From: Candidatus Zapsychrus exili
Lineage (GTDB): Bacteria; Omnitrophota; Gorgyraeia; Zapsychrales; Zapsychraceae
Reading direction: 5' to 3'
Assembly: GCA_030765585.1 (NCBI GenBank)
Contig: JAVCCJ010000053.1
Span: 1 to 32,661 of the forward strand
Length of the DNA stretch: 32,661 nt
Under the pieces are notes generated by a model that saw only the letters and a list, made by a program, of their open reading frames with translations, was not told the DNA's origin and did no database searches. Of the stretch, positions 9,602-18,546 are shown piece by piece; within the stretch, counting starts at the first letter, position 1; each line of letters opens with the position of its first letter. The position numbers and the translations under genes were made by a program.

Positions 9602-10858
9602 TTTACCTATAATGCTAGTTGGCACTGCAACACGAATATTAATTTTATCAGAATAATATTTTATAGAATAAACCTGACCCTGTTGATGTGCAAGGCCGAC
9701 CAAATCCATTCTATTCATTGGGACATCTACATTTATTTCAATAAAAAGAGCTGATAACATCTCACTTATTTCAATTAAAAGATTATCTACCCCTTCTTTT
9801 GTATGCGCTGACGTACTTACTGCATTCTCAAAATTACCTTCTAAACTTTCAAGCCAACTTTTATCTTCTAATTTATCAATCTTATTAAAAACATTTATTA
9901 TTGGCTTATCTAAAACTTGAAGCTCATCTAATACCTTTATAACAGAATCTCTCAAATTCCTAAAAGTAGGATGGCTTACATCAATGACATGTAAAAGCAC
10001 ATCAGCTTGTTTTACTTCTTCTAAAGTTGTTTTAAAAGCCTCAATAAGATCGTGCGGAAGCTCGTGCATAAAACCAACCGTATCAGACAATATAACGTGC
10101 TGTTTGTTAGGCAAAATAAACTGCCTTGATAAAGAGTCAAGGGTTGTAAAAAGACCGTCTTTTGTTACTTGATCAGACTCAGTTAGAAGATTAAGCAAAG
10201 TAGACTTCCCTGCATTAGTATAACCAACTAAAGCTACAGCTGGAACCTGCGTATCTTTTCGTTTCTTTCTTTTTAAATTTCTAGATAGAGATACACTTGC
10301 AAGTCCCTTTTTAAGTTTAGATATCTTTGAATTTATTAATCTTTTATCAATTTCAAGTTTTGTTTCACCTGGACCTAATGTTCCGATTCCACCACCTAAA
10401 CGAGACATCTCAACACCACGCCCAGTAAGTCGTGGCAAAAGATATTGAAGTTGAGCAAGTTCTACCTGCATTTTTCCTTCTGCACTTGTTGCACGACGGG
10501 CAAATATGTCTAAAATAAGTTGATTCCTGTCAATAACTCGCGCTTTTAACTCTTTTTCTAAATTCCTTTTTTGAGATGCTTTTATGTCCTGGCTAAATAT
10601 GATTGTATCAGCATCTACCCCAGATGATAAACTAGCTATCTCTTCTATTTTTCCCTCTCCAATCAAATGACTAGCAGATGGCTTTAAAATGCTAACAATT
10701 ATTCCACCGACAACCTTCGCATCAGCTGCCGTAACAAGATTTTCCATTTCTTTTAAAATATCATTAGATAACCACGTATTTCTCTGCTTCTTAAAATCAA
10801 CTACCACAAGAAAAACTTTTTCTTTTTGTTTTGTATTATCCATACTTATTTTTGACAT
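9587..10858 (-). CDS. hflX: Ribosome-splitting GTPase HflX
   Basis: LILDIFARRA, QVELAQLQY, GPGETKLE, GYTNAGKST, LFTTLD, DTVGF, NKID; alternative start at 10843. Confidence 0.97.
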   Translation of the reverse strand: MSKISMDNTKQKEKVFLVVVDFKKQRNTWLSNDILKEMENLVTAADAKVVGGIIVSILKPSASHLIGEGKIEEIASLSSGVDADTIIFSQDIKASQKRNLEKELKARVIDRNQLILDIFARRATSAEGKMQVELAQLQYLLPRLTGRGVEMSRLGGGIGTLGPGETKLEIDKRLINSKISKLKKGLASVSLSRNLKRKKRKDTQVPAVALVGYTNAGKSTLLNLLTESDQVTKDGLFTTLDSLSRQFILPNKQHVILSDTVGFMHELPHDLIEAFKTTLEEVKQADVLLHVIDVSHPTFRNLRDSVIKVLDELQVLDKPIINVFNKIDKLEDKSWLESLEGNFENAVSTSAHTKEGVDNLLIEISEMLSALFIEINVDVPMNRMDLVGLAHQQGQVYSIKYYSDKINIRVAVPTSIIGKFTKI

Positions 10859-11763
10859 AATATTTTACCTGCTATCAATTTAGCGTCTAATTTATTATCA
10901 ACTTTAATCCATTTTATTCTTTTATCGCGACGAAACCATGTAAGCTGTCTCTTTGCATAATGACGAGTATTAAGTTTCATGAGATATTTAAGCCTATCTA
11001 TATCATACTCTCCATCTAAATACCCTTGTATCTCCTTAATACCAATAATACCAGCTGCTGTATAATTTATTTCTTTTTTTCTTAATTTCTTAACCTCGTC
11101 AATCGCTCCCTGTTCAATCATAATATCTACTCTATTATTTATTTTCTCATAAAGCTTCTCTCTTATCACATCTAATGCAAAAATTGATATATCATATTTG
11201 CGCCAAATTCCCTCTCTCTCTTTTTGCATCTCTGTTATAGGCCTTTTTTCTACCATGGCAACCTCTAGAGCTCGAATAACTTTTTTTAAATCATTAGGAT
11301 GAATTTTCTCTGCAGCCTTTTTGTCTTCTTTAGTAAGCAATCCATAAACGTAATCATTTCCTTTTTCTGCCGCCTGCTGTCTAAAATGCTCTCTTAAGGC
11401 CTCATCTTTTTTGCCACCTTCAAAAATACCGTCTAATAATATTTGCATATAAAGACCGCTTCCCCCGACAACAATAGGAACTTTATCTTTTTTATGAATT
11501 TTATCTATTGCCTCTATTGCCAATTTATTAAATTTTACTACATCAAATTTATCCTCAATCGATACGATATTAATCAAATGATGGGGAACTTGTTTTTGAT
11601 CCTCTTTTGTTGGCTTATTACTTATAATGTTAATTTCTTTATACACTTGCATAGCGTCAGAAGATACAATTTCTCCTTTAATCTTAAGGGCTAATTCTAA
11701 TGCTACATTAGATTTTCCGCTTGCGGTAGGACCTACAATAAAAATGATTTTCTTTTGATTCAT
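10846..11763 (-). CDS. miaA: tRNA dimethylallyltransferase
   Basis: GPTASGKS, DAMQVY, VGGSGLY, TRHYAKRQLTWF. Confidence 0.97.
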   Translation of the reverse strand: MNQKKIIFIVGPTASGKSNVALELALKIKGEIVSSDAMQVYKEINIISNKPTKEDQKQVPHHLINIVSIEDKFDVVKFNKLAIEAIDKIHKKDKVPIVVGGSGLYMQILLDGIFEGGKKDEALREHFRQQAAEKGNDYVYGLLTKEDKKAAEKIHPNDLKKVIRALEVAMVEKRPITEMQKEREGIWRKYDISIFALDVIREKLYEKINNRVDIMIEQGAIDEVKKLRKKEINYTAAGIIGIKEIQGYLDGEYDIDRLKYLMKLNTRHYAKRQLTWFRRDKRIKWIKVDNKLDAKLIAGKILCQK

Positions 11764-11782
11764 AGAATAGGAACAACATTGA

Positions 11783-11889
11783 TTGTCATTGCGAGGAGGC
11801 GTTTTAAAAAACCAAGCCGACGTGGCAATCTAGTTTTTCTGAGATTGCTTCGTCGCTTCTATTAATTGTATAGCTCCTCGCAATGACAA
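11783..11889. repeat. Palindromic intergenic element (RPE/MITE-like), 107 bp
   Basis: Perfect 16-bp inverted repeat TTGTCATTGCGAGGAG / CTCCTCGCAATGACAA plus inner pair CGACGTGGCAATCT / AGATTGCTTCGTCG (2 mismatches). Confidence 0.85.
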
Positions 11890-11894
11890 AACGT

Positions 11895-12776
11895 TTAGAA
11901 ATTAAAATCAATCGAAGTAATTATTTTGTAATCATTCTTCTTTTTATCAATAACAGGGTTTGAATTGAAATCATCAATAAAACTTAATCGCCATGCTAAG
12001 TTATCATTTATAGGATTAACTAAAGATGTTTCGGAATGTATTCGATATCGCTCTGAATCTTTTAACGATGGATATAATGTTAAGTCTTCTGAAAATGTAA
12101 GATTATTAAAAAGCTTCTTTTCTATATAACCTCTTGGAATAAACACGACGCTACTATCATCTTTTGTATTATCACGATAAACAGTTCTCTCTAAACCAAA
12201 TGCACCTTCTGCCATTGCTTTAAAATTTTGACTATCAGAAAACCAATATCCAACACCAGATGAAGGTATAAGGCGATAATCTATATTACTAAATCTATCT
12301 TGCTCTGCTTCCAATTTATAAAAATGATACCACTTTAAATCCTCCGCAAAACTATACGCATAACGAAGAGAGCCATAAACTTTCTTAGAATCCATCTTGT
12401 CATTTGCAGATGATGTATATATACCTAACTTTATATTAGTTTCATTACTGTCTGTTTTCTTATCTAAAGTTATTTCACCTGAAAGCTGACTTGATCTAGT
12501 ATTACCGGAAGATTTGTTATAACCCAGAGAGCCTTTTTTATCCCAAACAGGCTTCCTAGCTTCTTCTATTGCAACAACGACCTCTTTTTCTTCAATAATA
12601 AAACTCTTTGATATAACTACCTGCCCCATCGCCTTTGCTTCTATGGTTATAGTTTCATCAGTTTGCTCAATAATATTTCCTGTAATTCTGTCACCATTTT
12701 TAAGATTAATTTCCTCTGCAAAAGATACTGACATATTAAGAAATGCTGCTAAGAGAATAATAATTACTGTCTTCAT
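11895..12776 (-). CDS. DUF481 (YdiY-like) outer-membrane beta-barrel protein with an extra N-terminal LKNGD..TG module
   Basis: Signal peptide, LGYNKSSGNT, EQDRFSNIDYR, GVGYWF, amphipathic strands, C-terminal Phe. Confidence 0.85.
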   Translation of the reverse strand: MKTVIIILLAAFLNMSVSFAEEINLKNGDRITGNIIEQTDETITIEAKAMGQVVISKSFIIEEKEVVVAIEEARKPVWDKKGSLGYNKSSGNTRSSQLSGEITLDKKTDSNETNIKLGIYTSSANDKMDSKKVYGSLRYAYSFAEDLKWYHFYKLEAEQDRFSNIDYRLIPSSGVGYWFSDSQNFKAMAEGAFGLERTVYRDNTKDDSSVVFIPRGYIEKKLFNNLTFSEDLTLYPSLKDSERYRIHSETSLVNPINDNLAWRLSFIDDFNSNPVIDKKKNDYKIITSIDFNF

Positions 12777-12893
12777 AATACACCTTTAAAATAAATATTA
12801 ATAAGGTCTGTATACTATCATAATTTATTATTAATAACAACTACGGTGGATTGAGCAAAACGAGAGGATATTTTTAAATAAACAATCTAAAAA

Positions 12894-13313
12894 CTAGGGC
12901 CACAAACTAAGGCCTGTTGGTGGGTCAAACTGGCGTATAAGCTGATCGCCAGTTAGTTCTTGGATATGATATTCTGCAGCAAAAATCTTTGTTCCAAGCA
13001 TCAAATGACCACCATAGCATTGACCTTCAAAATCAGCTAAAGTAATATGAGCGTGTACGAAAATCTCTTCGTCTTTTAGAGAAATATTACCAATGCAGGC
13101 TGTAATCTCGAGTTTTTTATCTAGATCAATGCAATCAACATATTTTTGTTCTTTTTGCTTATAATACCCCATATTGGCAGATGTAACTGCGCCAATTACG
13201 GAAAATACTCCCATATTTATATTATTTTCCTTACACACCTCTGCCAAAGATTCCAACAAATCTGCTTTGTGTGGCAGTCTTCCAATAAATATTCTTCCCT
13301 TTTCTGCTTGCAT
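12894..13313 (-). CDS. PPC/DUF296 domain protein
   Basis: DLLESL, IGAV, LEITACIGNI, HAHITL, GGHL motifs. Confidence 0.9.
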   Translation of the reverse strand: MQAEKGRIFIGRLPHKADLLESLAEVCKENNINMGVFSVIGAVTSANMGYYKQKEQKYVDCIDLDKKLEITACIGNISLKDEEIFVHAHITLADFEGQCYGGHLMLGTKIFAAEYHIQELTGDQLIRQFDPPTGLSLWP

Positions 13314-13336
13314 ATTTTTTCTCCAATTTACAACTC

Positions 13337-13394
13337 GTACGGGCGGGTTTTAAACCCGCCCGTATATTCGGGAGGGTCTATGACCCTCCCCTAC
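13337..13394. repeat. Inverted REP doublet (REPIN-like)
   Basis: G-TACGGGCGGGTTT-T-AAACCCGCCCGTA on + and GTAG-GGGAGGGTC-ATA-GACCCTCCC on -; GC-rich in an AT-rich background. Confidence 0.8.
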
Positions 13395-13398
13395 AGAT

Positions 13399-14328
13399 TT
13401 ATTTATTTTTCAAATAATCCGAAATGATCTGTTTATGATCAAAAGCATAATCCTGAGTCAGCAAATCTTCATATTTGACAACTTTTAAATCTTTTGCATC
13501 ATCGCCTGATCGCGGAACACCTACTCCCCTTGCTATAAAAACAGTTGAGACCGTATGAAATCTTGGATCGCGACCAATTTTAGAATATGTGTGAAGTTGT
13601 TTTAAATTTTCTAAATCAAGATTCGTTTCTTCACGTGCTTCACGAATAGCAGCTTCCTCTAAGCTTTCACCATAATCAACAAAACCTCCTGGCAGCGCCC
13701 AGCCATATGGCGGATTAGAGCGTTCAATAATAATTATTCCATCTTCAGTTTCAATAATAATATCAACCGTTACATAAGGCTCAAATCCTAAATCTTCCTG
13801 AATGTGTCTAACATACCCTGTTACAGTTTTATTAAAAACATCGAATACCTTATCATCAAAAAGACAAAAAATAATTTCTTTAATTACTGTATCATTATTA
13901 CGCAAAAATTTTAAAACTTCTTGAGTCATAATTTTTGCAGCACCAACTAAAGGGAAATATCCAGTACCGCAACCTAAAGCAACAAATGCAATTGAATTTA
14001 TTTTAAGTTCATTTGCACACCTTAGTGCACTTGCCGCAGATGCGCGAACTTTATCTTGATCAGTCTTAAAATCCATTCCCATTGTTGCCGCATGAATTAC
14101 ATATTTTGTTTTTAAAACTCCAGCAGAAGTATATACGGACTCTCCAATTTCAATAGGACCTTTTTCAACGGCCTCTTGTTCTATTTCCACTCCACCTTTT
14201 TTTCTAATAACACCCGCAACGCCACCGCCCATAACAAGCTTATTATTTGCAGCATTTACTATTGCATCAACGTTCAGTTCCGTAATATCTGCTTTTACTA
14301 TTTTAAGCTCAGTATTCTTTATTCTCAC
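13399..14328 (-). CDS. Macro domain - Nudix (ADP-ribose pyrophosphatase-like) fusion protein
   Basis: DIT...DAIVNAAN...GGGVAG macro motif; GGFVDYGESLEEAAIREAREET Nudix box with RDPR, GDDA, AFDH; GTG start overlaps the upstream stop (GTGA). Confidence 0.92.
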   Translation of the reverse strand: MRIKNTELKIVKADITELNVDAIVNAANNKLVMGGGVAGVIRKKGGVEIEQEAVEKGPIEIGESVYTSAGVLKTKYVIHAATMGMDFKTDQDKVRASAASALRCANELKINSIAFVALGCGTGYFPLVGAAKIMTQEVLKFLRNNDTVIKEIIFCLFDDKVFDVFNKTVTGYVRHIQEDLGFEPYVTVDIIIETEDGIIIIERSNPPYGWALPGGFVDYGESLEEAAIREAREETNLDLENLKQLHTYSKIGRDPRFHTVSTVFIARGVGVPRSGDDAKDLKVVKYEDLLTQDYAFDHKQIISDYLKNK

Positions 14329-15746
14329 TTTACAAACTTCCTCGCTAAATCAATAGCTTCTTTTTTTGTTTTAATTTTCCCTAAAGATTGCTTTTCTTCA
14401 ATTTCTAACAAAATTTTACTAAATAGCGGCGATGGTTTTATCTTTAGTTTCTTAATCAAATCATTACCATCTATTAGACGTACAAAAGGCTCTTCTTTTA
14501 CTTTTGCAAAATATCTACCAATCAAATTTAAACATATTTCTTCATGATGTTTTTGATCTTCCTCTGTTGTAAGTGGACCTCTAGTAGAACGTTGATCAGC
14601 CAAAGATAAAAACGCCGTACTTACTGCCTCATCTTTTGTGTCGCGAAAATAGCGATATATTGCCCGTTCCGTTGGCTTTTTAAAATTAGAAAGATATCCT
14701 GGACGAAGATGCCACATAACCATATCTTCTAATGCATGCCTTTCAGCAATAGATATCTTTAACATATCTGCAATGTACTTAACTATTTTTCTACCCTTAT
14801 GTTCATGTCCATGAAAAGAAAAATGATTTCCTTCTTTTTTCTTTGTATCAGGTTTTCCGATATCATGCAAAAGAGCTGCTAATTTAAGCGTCTCTTTTCT
14901 CGTCCTGTTTCCACTTAAGTGTTCATTTAAATAATCTAAGGTCTCCTGGCATTTTAAACCTTTAATTATTTTCTCAACCTGAGCAACAGTTTCAAGAGAA
15001 TGCTTCCACACATTTAAATGATGGTATCCACCTTGTTTGCAATTAAACATAACCCTAATTTGAGGAATAATAAGCTCAAGCAAACCCTGTTTATGCATGT
15101 GTTTTAAAACGCTTACTGATTTAGGCGTCTTTAATATCTTAAATAACTCCTCGGTTATCCTTTCATAAGAAACATCTCTTATTAAATCTTTATCTTTTTT
15201 AATCTGCTTTAAAGTACTATCTATAATTTTAAAACCCAATGCTGCATTTAAACTAAATGCGCGCATCATTCTTAATGGATCTTCTTTAAAAGCCTTTGCA
15301 TAAACCAACTTAATAACTTTCTTGTTTATATCGCGAACTCCTCCTTTAATATCTATCAAAATATCTTTTAAATCAGAAGATTCTTTTAAAGATTTAAGAT
15401 TTAAAGACAAGGTATTTATAGTAAAATCGCGATGTGCAATATCTCCTTTAAATGTCTTTGCTCTAAAATCGGCAAAATCAAAAGTGTATATTTGTTTGTT
15501 TTTCTTTTTAACGACACGTGCACATCCATTATCACGATCCAGAAGTACATATGCACCTTTTATTCTAGTAGAAAATTCTTTTGCTATTTTTAATGCATTC
15601 TTCTCGACGGCAAAATCAAAGTCTTTACCAAATACACCTAACACATGGTCTCTTAAGAAACCACCTACAAGATAAATTTCTACCTTATTTCTCTTAGAAA
15701 TATCTTTAATAATTTTTAATTGAGGATAGTCGTTTAGGAAGGACAT
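14325..15746 (-). CDS. Class II tRNA nucleotidyltransferase with HD domain (probably CC-adding type)
   Basis: LVGGFLRD...DFDF, HRDFTIN, EDPLR, ERI.EEL, QGGYHH..V..H, LLHDIGKP, FHGHE. Confidence 0.92.
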   Translation of the reverse strand: MSFLNDYPQLKIIKDISKRNKVEIYLVGGFLRDHVLGVFGKDFDFAVEKNALKIAKEFSTRIKGAYVLLDRDNGCARVVKKKNKQIYTFDFADFRAKTFKGDIAHRDFTINTLSLNLKSLKESSDLKDILIDIKGGVRDINKKVIKLVYAKAFKEDPLRMMRAFSLNAALGFKIIDSTLKQIKKDKDLIRDVSYERITEELFKILKTPKSVSVLKHMHKQGLLELIIPQIRVMFNCKQGGYHHLNVWKHSLETVAQVEKIIKGLKCQETLDYLNEHLSGNRTRKETLKLAALLHDIGKPDTKKKEGNHFSFHGHEHKGRKIVKYIADMLKISIAERHALEDMVMWHLRPGYLSNFKKPTERAIYRYFRDTKDEAVSTAFLSLADQRSTRGPLTTEEDQKHHEEICLNLIGRYFAKVKEEPFVRLIDGNDLIKKLKIKPSPLFSKILLEIEEKQSLGKIKTKKEAIDLARKFVK

Positions 15747-15764
15747 AGTGTGATATGGTTTGGT

Positions 15765-16172
15765 TTATTTCGCTTTAAAAATAACCGCTTTTTCTATAAC
15801 TTCTTCTAAAGCATATATTGGAGCTCCTGCACGAACAGCCAGGGCAACGCCATCAGATGGCCTTGAATCTACTATTGTTTCATTACCGTCTTTTGTTCTT
15901 ATTTTTAATTTTGCATGAAAAGTGTTATCTACCATCTTATCTATTATTAAACATTCCAGCTCAGCATCTAGGCTTTCTAACATTAAAAGAAGAAGATCAT
16001 GGGTCATTGGCCTTGGTGGATTTATCCCAGACACATTCATCTTAATACTCGATGCCTCTAAGAAACCAATAACAATAGGAAAATGACGTTCGCCACCTTT
16101 TTCTTTTAGAACAATTATCTGATCTTGTCTTTTTTCATCTATAATTATTTTGTTTAACTCAATTTCTATCAT
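15765..16172 (-). CDS. Bifunctional nuclease family protein (DUF151)
   Basis: PIVIGFLEA, PRPMTHDL, FHAKL, DSRPSDGVALA. Confidence 0.93.
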   Translation of the reverse strand: MIEIELNKIIIDEKRQDQIIVLKEKGGERHFPIVIGFLEASSIKMNVSGINPPRPMTHDLLLLMLESLDAELECLIIDKMVDNTFHAKLKIRTKDGNETIVDSRPSDGVALAVRAGAPIYALEEVIEKAVIFKAK

Positions 16173-16175
16173 AAT

Positions 16176-16643
16176 CTAACTCTTACCTTTTTCTTTATTT
16201 AACATTACTTTAAGTTCATTCATAAATTGATTTACATCTTTAAATTGTCTATAAACTGATGCAAATCTTACGTAGGCTACTTCATCTAATCCTGCTAACT
16301 TTTCCATAATAAGCTCGCCTAAATCTTTAGAAGCCACTTCTCTATCGTATTTCTTTTGAACAACGCGCTCTATATCAAGAGTAAGTTCTTCTATTTTCTG
16401 AATACTTACAGGTCGTTTCTCACACGCTTTAATAAACCCTGCTATAATCTTCTTTCTATCAAAAGGCTGTCTTCTTCCATCACGTTTTACAACCATAAGA
16501 GCAACATGTTCAACGTATTCGTAAGTAGTAAAACGCTTTTCACATTTTAAACATTCGCGACGTCTACGAATACCTGCCCCATCGCTTGTTAATCGCGAAT
16601 CAACAACTTTTGTATCATGATGATTACATAGAGGACATTTCAA
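16176..16643 (-). CDS. nrdR: Transcriptional repressor NrdR
   Basis: MKCP.C...VVDSR...IRRRREC..C..RFTTYE zinc ribbon, ATP cone, AYVRFASVY. Confidence 0.98.
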   Translation of the reverse strand: MKCPLCNHHDTKVVDSRLTSDGAGIRRRRECLKCEKRFTTYEYVEHVALMVVKRDGRRQPFDRKKIIAGFIKACEKRPVSIQKIEELTLDIERVVQKKYDREVASKDLGELIMEKLAGLDEVAYVRFASVYRQFKDVNQFMNELKVMLNKEKGKS

Positions 16644-16658
16644 TTTCGGACTCCAGAC

Positions 16659-17906
16659 TTAAGCGTTTAACTCAGCGTATATTGGAAATTCTTTTGTAAG
16701 GGTCTCTACTTCAACCTTTACTTTTTCTAGCTCAACATCATTATCTTTATTTAAGATCGCTTTATCAATTAATTTTGCTATTTTTACCATTTGCTCCTCA
16801 CCCATACCTCTAGTTGTTACAGCAGGCGTTCCAATTCTTATGCCACTTGTAACAACAGGCGATTCAGGGTCGAAAGGAATAAGATTTTTGTTAACTGTGA
16901 TGCGAACTCTATCTAAAACAATTGCCGCTTCTTTTCCTGTAATCTTTTTAGAGCGCAAATCTACCATAAAAAGATGATTATCTGTTCCACCAGCAACTAT
17001 TCTGTATCCCAAATCTTCAAGAGATTTTGCAAAAGTTTTAGCATTATCAATAACTTGTTTCTGATATTTTTTAAAATCATCGCTTAGCGCTTCTTTAAAA
17101 GAAACTGCTTTAGCTGCAATAACATGCATTAAAGGTCCACCCTGAATTCCAGGGAAAATTCTAGAATCTATCTTCTTTGCAAACTCAGATTTACAAAGTA
17201 TCATTCCTCCACGAGGACCACGCAATGTTTTATGAGTTGTAGTTGTTACAAACTCTGCATATTCTACAGGATTTGGATGAAGTCCCGTTGCCACAAGTCC
17301 TGCGATATGTGCCATATCAACAAAAAGATAAGCGCCTACTGAATCACATATTTCTCTAAACCTTTTAAAATCAATTGTTCTAGAATATGCTGATGCACCT
17401 GCGACTATCATTCTTGGCTTATGTTCTTTTGCTAAAGCTTCTATTTCGTCATAATCTAATGTCTCTGTCTCTTTATTTACCTTATAAGACACAATATTAT
17501 AAGATAATCCAGAAAAGTTAATCTTTAACCCATGGGTCAGATGTCCACCACAGGCTAAATCCAAAGCTAAGATAGTATCATTATAATCTAAGGCTGCTAA
17601 ATAAACTGCCATATTAGCCTGAGACCCAGAATGAGGCTGAACATTAACATGTTCTGCTCCAAAAAGCTTTTTCGCTCTTTCAATAGCAAGGCGCTCTGCA
17701 ACATCAACATATTCACAGCCACCATACCAACGCGCAGCTGGATATCCTTCAGCATATTTATTTGTCATAACGCTGCCTTGTGCTTCTAAAACAGCCTCGG
17801 ACACTATATTTTCAGATGCGATAAGTTCTAAATTATTCTGCTGTCTTGAAATTTCTTCTTGTACTGCATCATATATTTCTGGATCAATAGATTTTAGATT
17901 TCTCAT
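16659..17906 (-). CDS. glyA: Serine hydroxymethyltransferase
   Basis: [45 protein letters not shown]. Confidence 0.99.
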   Translation of the reverse strand: MRNLKSIDPEIYDAVQEEISRQQNNLELIASENIVSEAVLEAQGSVMTNKYAEGYPAARWYGGCEYVDVAERLAIERAKKLFGAEHVNVQPHSGSQANMAVYLAALDYNDTILALDLACGGHLTHGLKINFSGLSYNIVSYKVNKETETLDYDEIEALAKEHKPRMIVAGASAYSRTIDFKRFREICDSVGAYLFVDMAHIAGLVATGLHPNPVEYAEFVTTTTHKTLRGPRGGMILCKSEFAKKIDSRIFPGIQGGPLMHVIAAKAVSFKEALSDDFKKYQKQVIDNAKTFAKSLEDLGYRIVAGGTDNHLFMVDLRSKKITGKEAAIVLDRVRITVNKNLIPFDPESPVVTSGIRIGTPAVTTRGMGEEQMVKIAKLIDKAILNKDNDVELEKVKVEVETLTKEFPIYAELNA

Positions 17907-17919
17907 TATTTCTCCCTGC

Positions 17920-18387
17920 TTATTTTAATTTTAATCCTTTTTCTATTTTCTTTATTTGCCCAACACGTCTTTTATGTCTTATTTGTTTAGAACCTTCAAA
18001 CTCTGAAGACAACCATATATCAACTATTTTCTGAAGTTCACTCTTTTTAACAAAATTAGCTCCCAAAACAAGTATATTAGAATTATTATGCTGACGAGAC
18101 AAAGCTGCAACTTTTGAATTATAACATACAGCGGCATAAGCACCTTTAACCTTATTAGCAGCTATTGCTTGGCCTATACCCGTCATACAAACAAGTATGC
18201 CTCTGTTATTTCTAGATTCAACAACCTGACTAGCTACTCTATAAGCGATTCTAGGATAATCAAAACTTTTTATATCAGCGCTATGAATTCCAACATCAAC
18301 AATTTCATAACTACGCTTTTCTAAATTCTTTATAATATTCTTCTTTATATCAAACCCTCTATGATCTGCACCAATATAAATCTTCAT
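17920..18387 (-). CDS. rpiB: Ribose-5-phosphate isomerase B
   Basis: GADHRG, DYP, C.TGIG...AANK, R.HNN.N, RH.RR. Confidence 0.92.
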   Translation of the reverse strand: MKIYIGADHRGFDIKKNIIKNLEKRSYEIVDVGIHSADIKSFDYPRIAYRVASQVVESRNNRGILVCMTGIGQAIAANKVKGAYAAVCYNSKVAALSRQHNNSNILVLGANFVKKSELQKIVDIWLSSEFEGSKQIRHKRRVGQIKKIEKGLKLK

Positions 18388-18411
18388 GATTATTGCCTTC
18401 CTATCTCTAAT

Positions 18412-18545
18412 GTCATTCCTGCGAATGCAGGAATCTCCTTTTTAGATCCCGACAAGCTGCTAAAGCATCTGTCGAGATAAATTCGCAGACGGCCTTTTAG
18501 CCTATAATTTATGTCGCCCTTCAGGCTCCATAAATTATCTGCTCA
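18412..18545. repeat. Cluster of three adjacent hairpin elements, including a dRS3-like palindrome
   Basis: GTC-ATTCCTGC-GAAT-GCAGGAAT-C (18412-18435); ATCCCGACA...TGTCGAGAT (18446-18478); nested GCAG/CTGC and ATAATTTATG/CATAAATTAT stems (18482-18545). Confidence 0.7.
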
Positions 18546-18546
18546 T

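Noticed and set aside
12812..12840. Possible promoter TTGTTA-N17-TAGTAT upstream of the DUF481 gene
   Set aside because: Two mismatches in each hexamer in very AT-rich DNA, so it cannot be distinguished from chance
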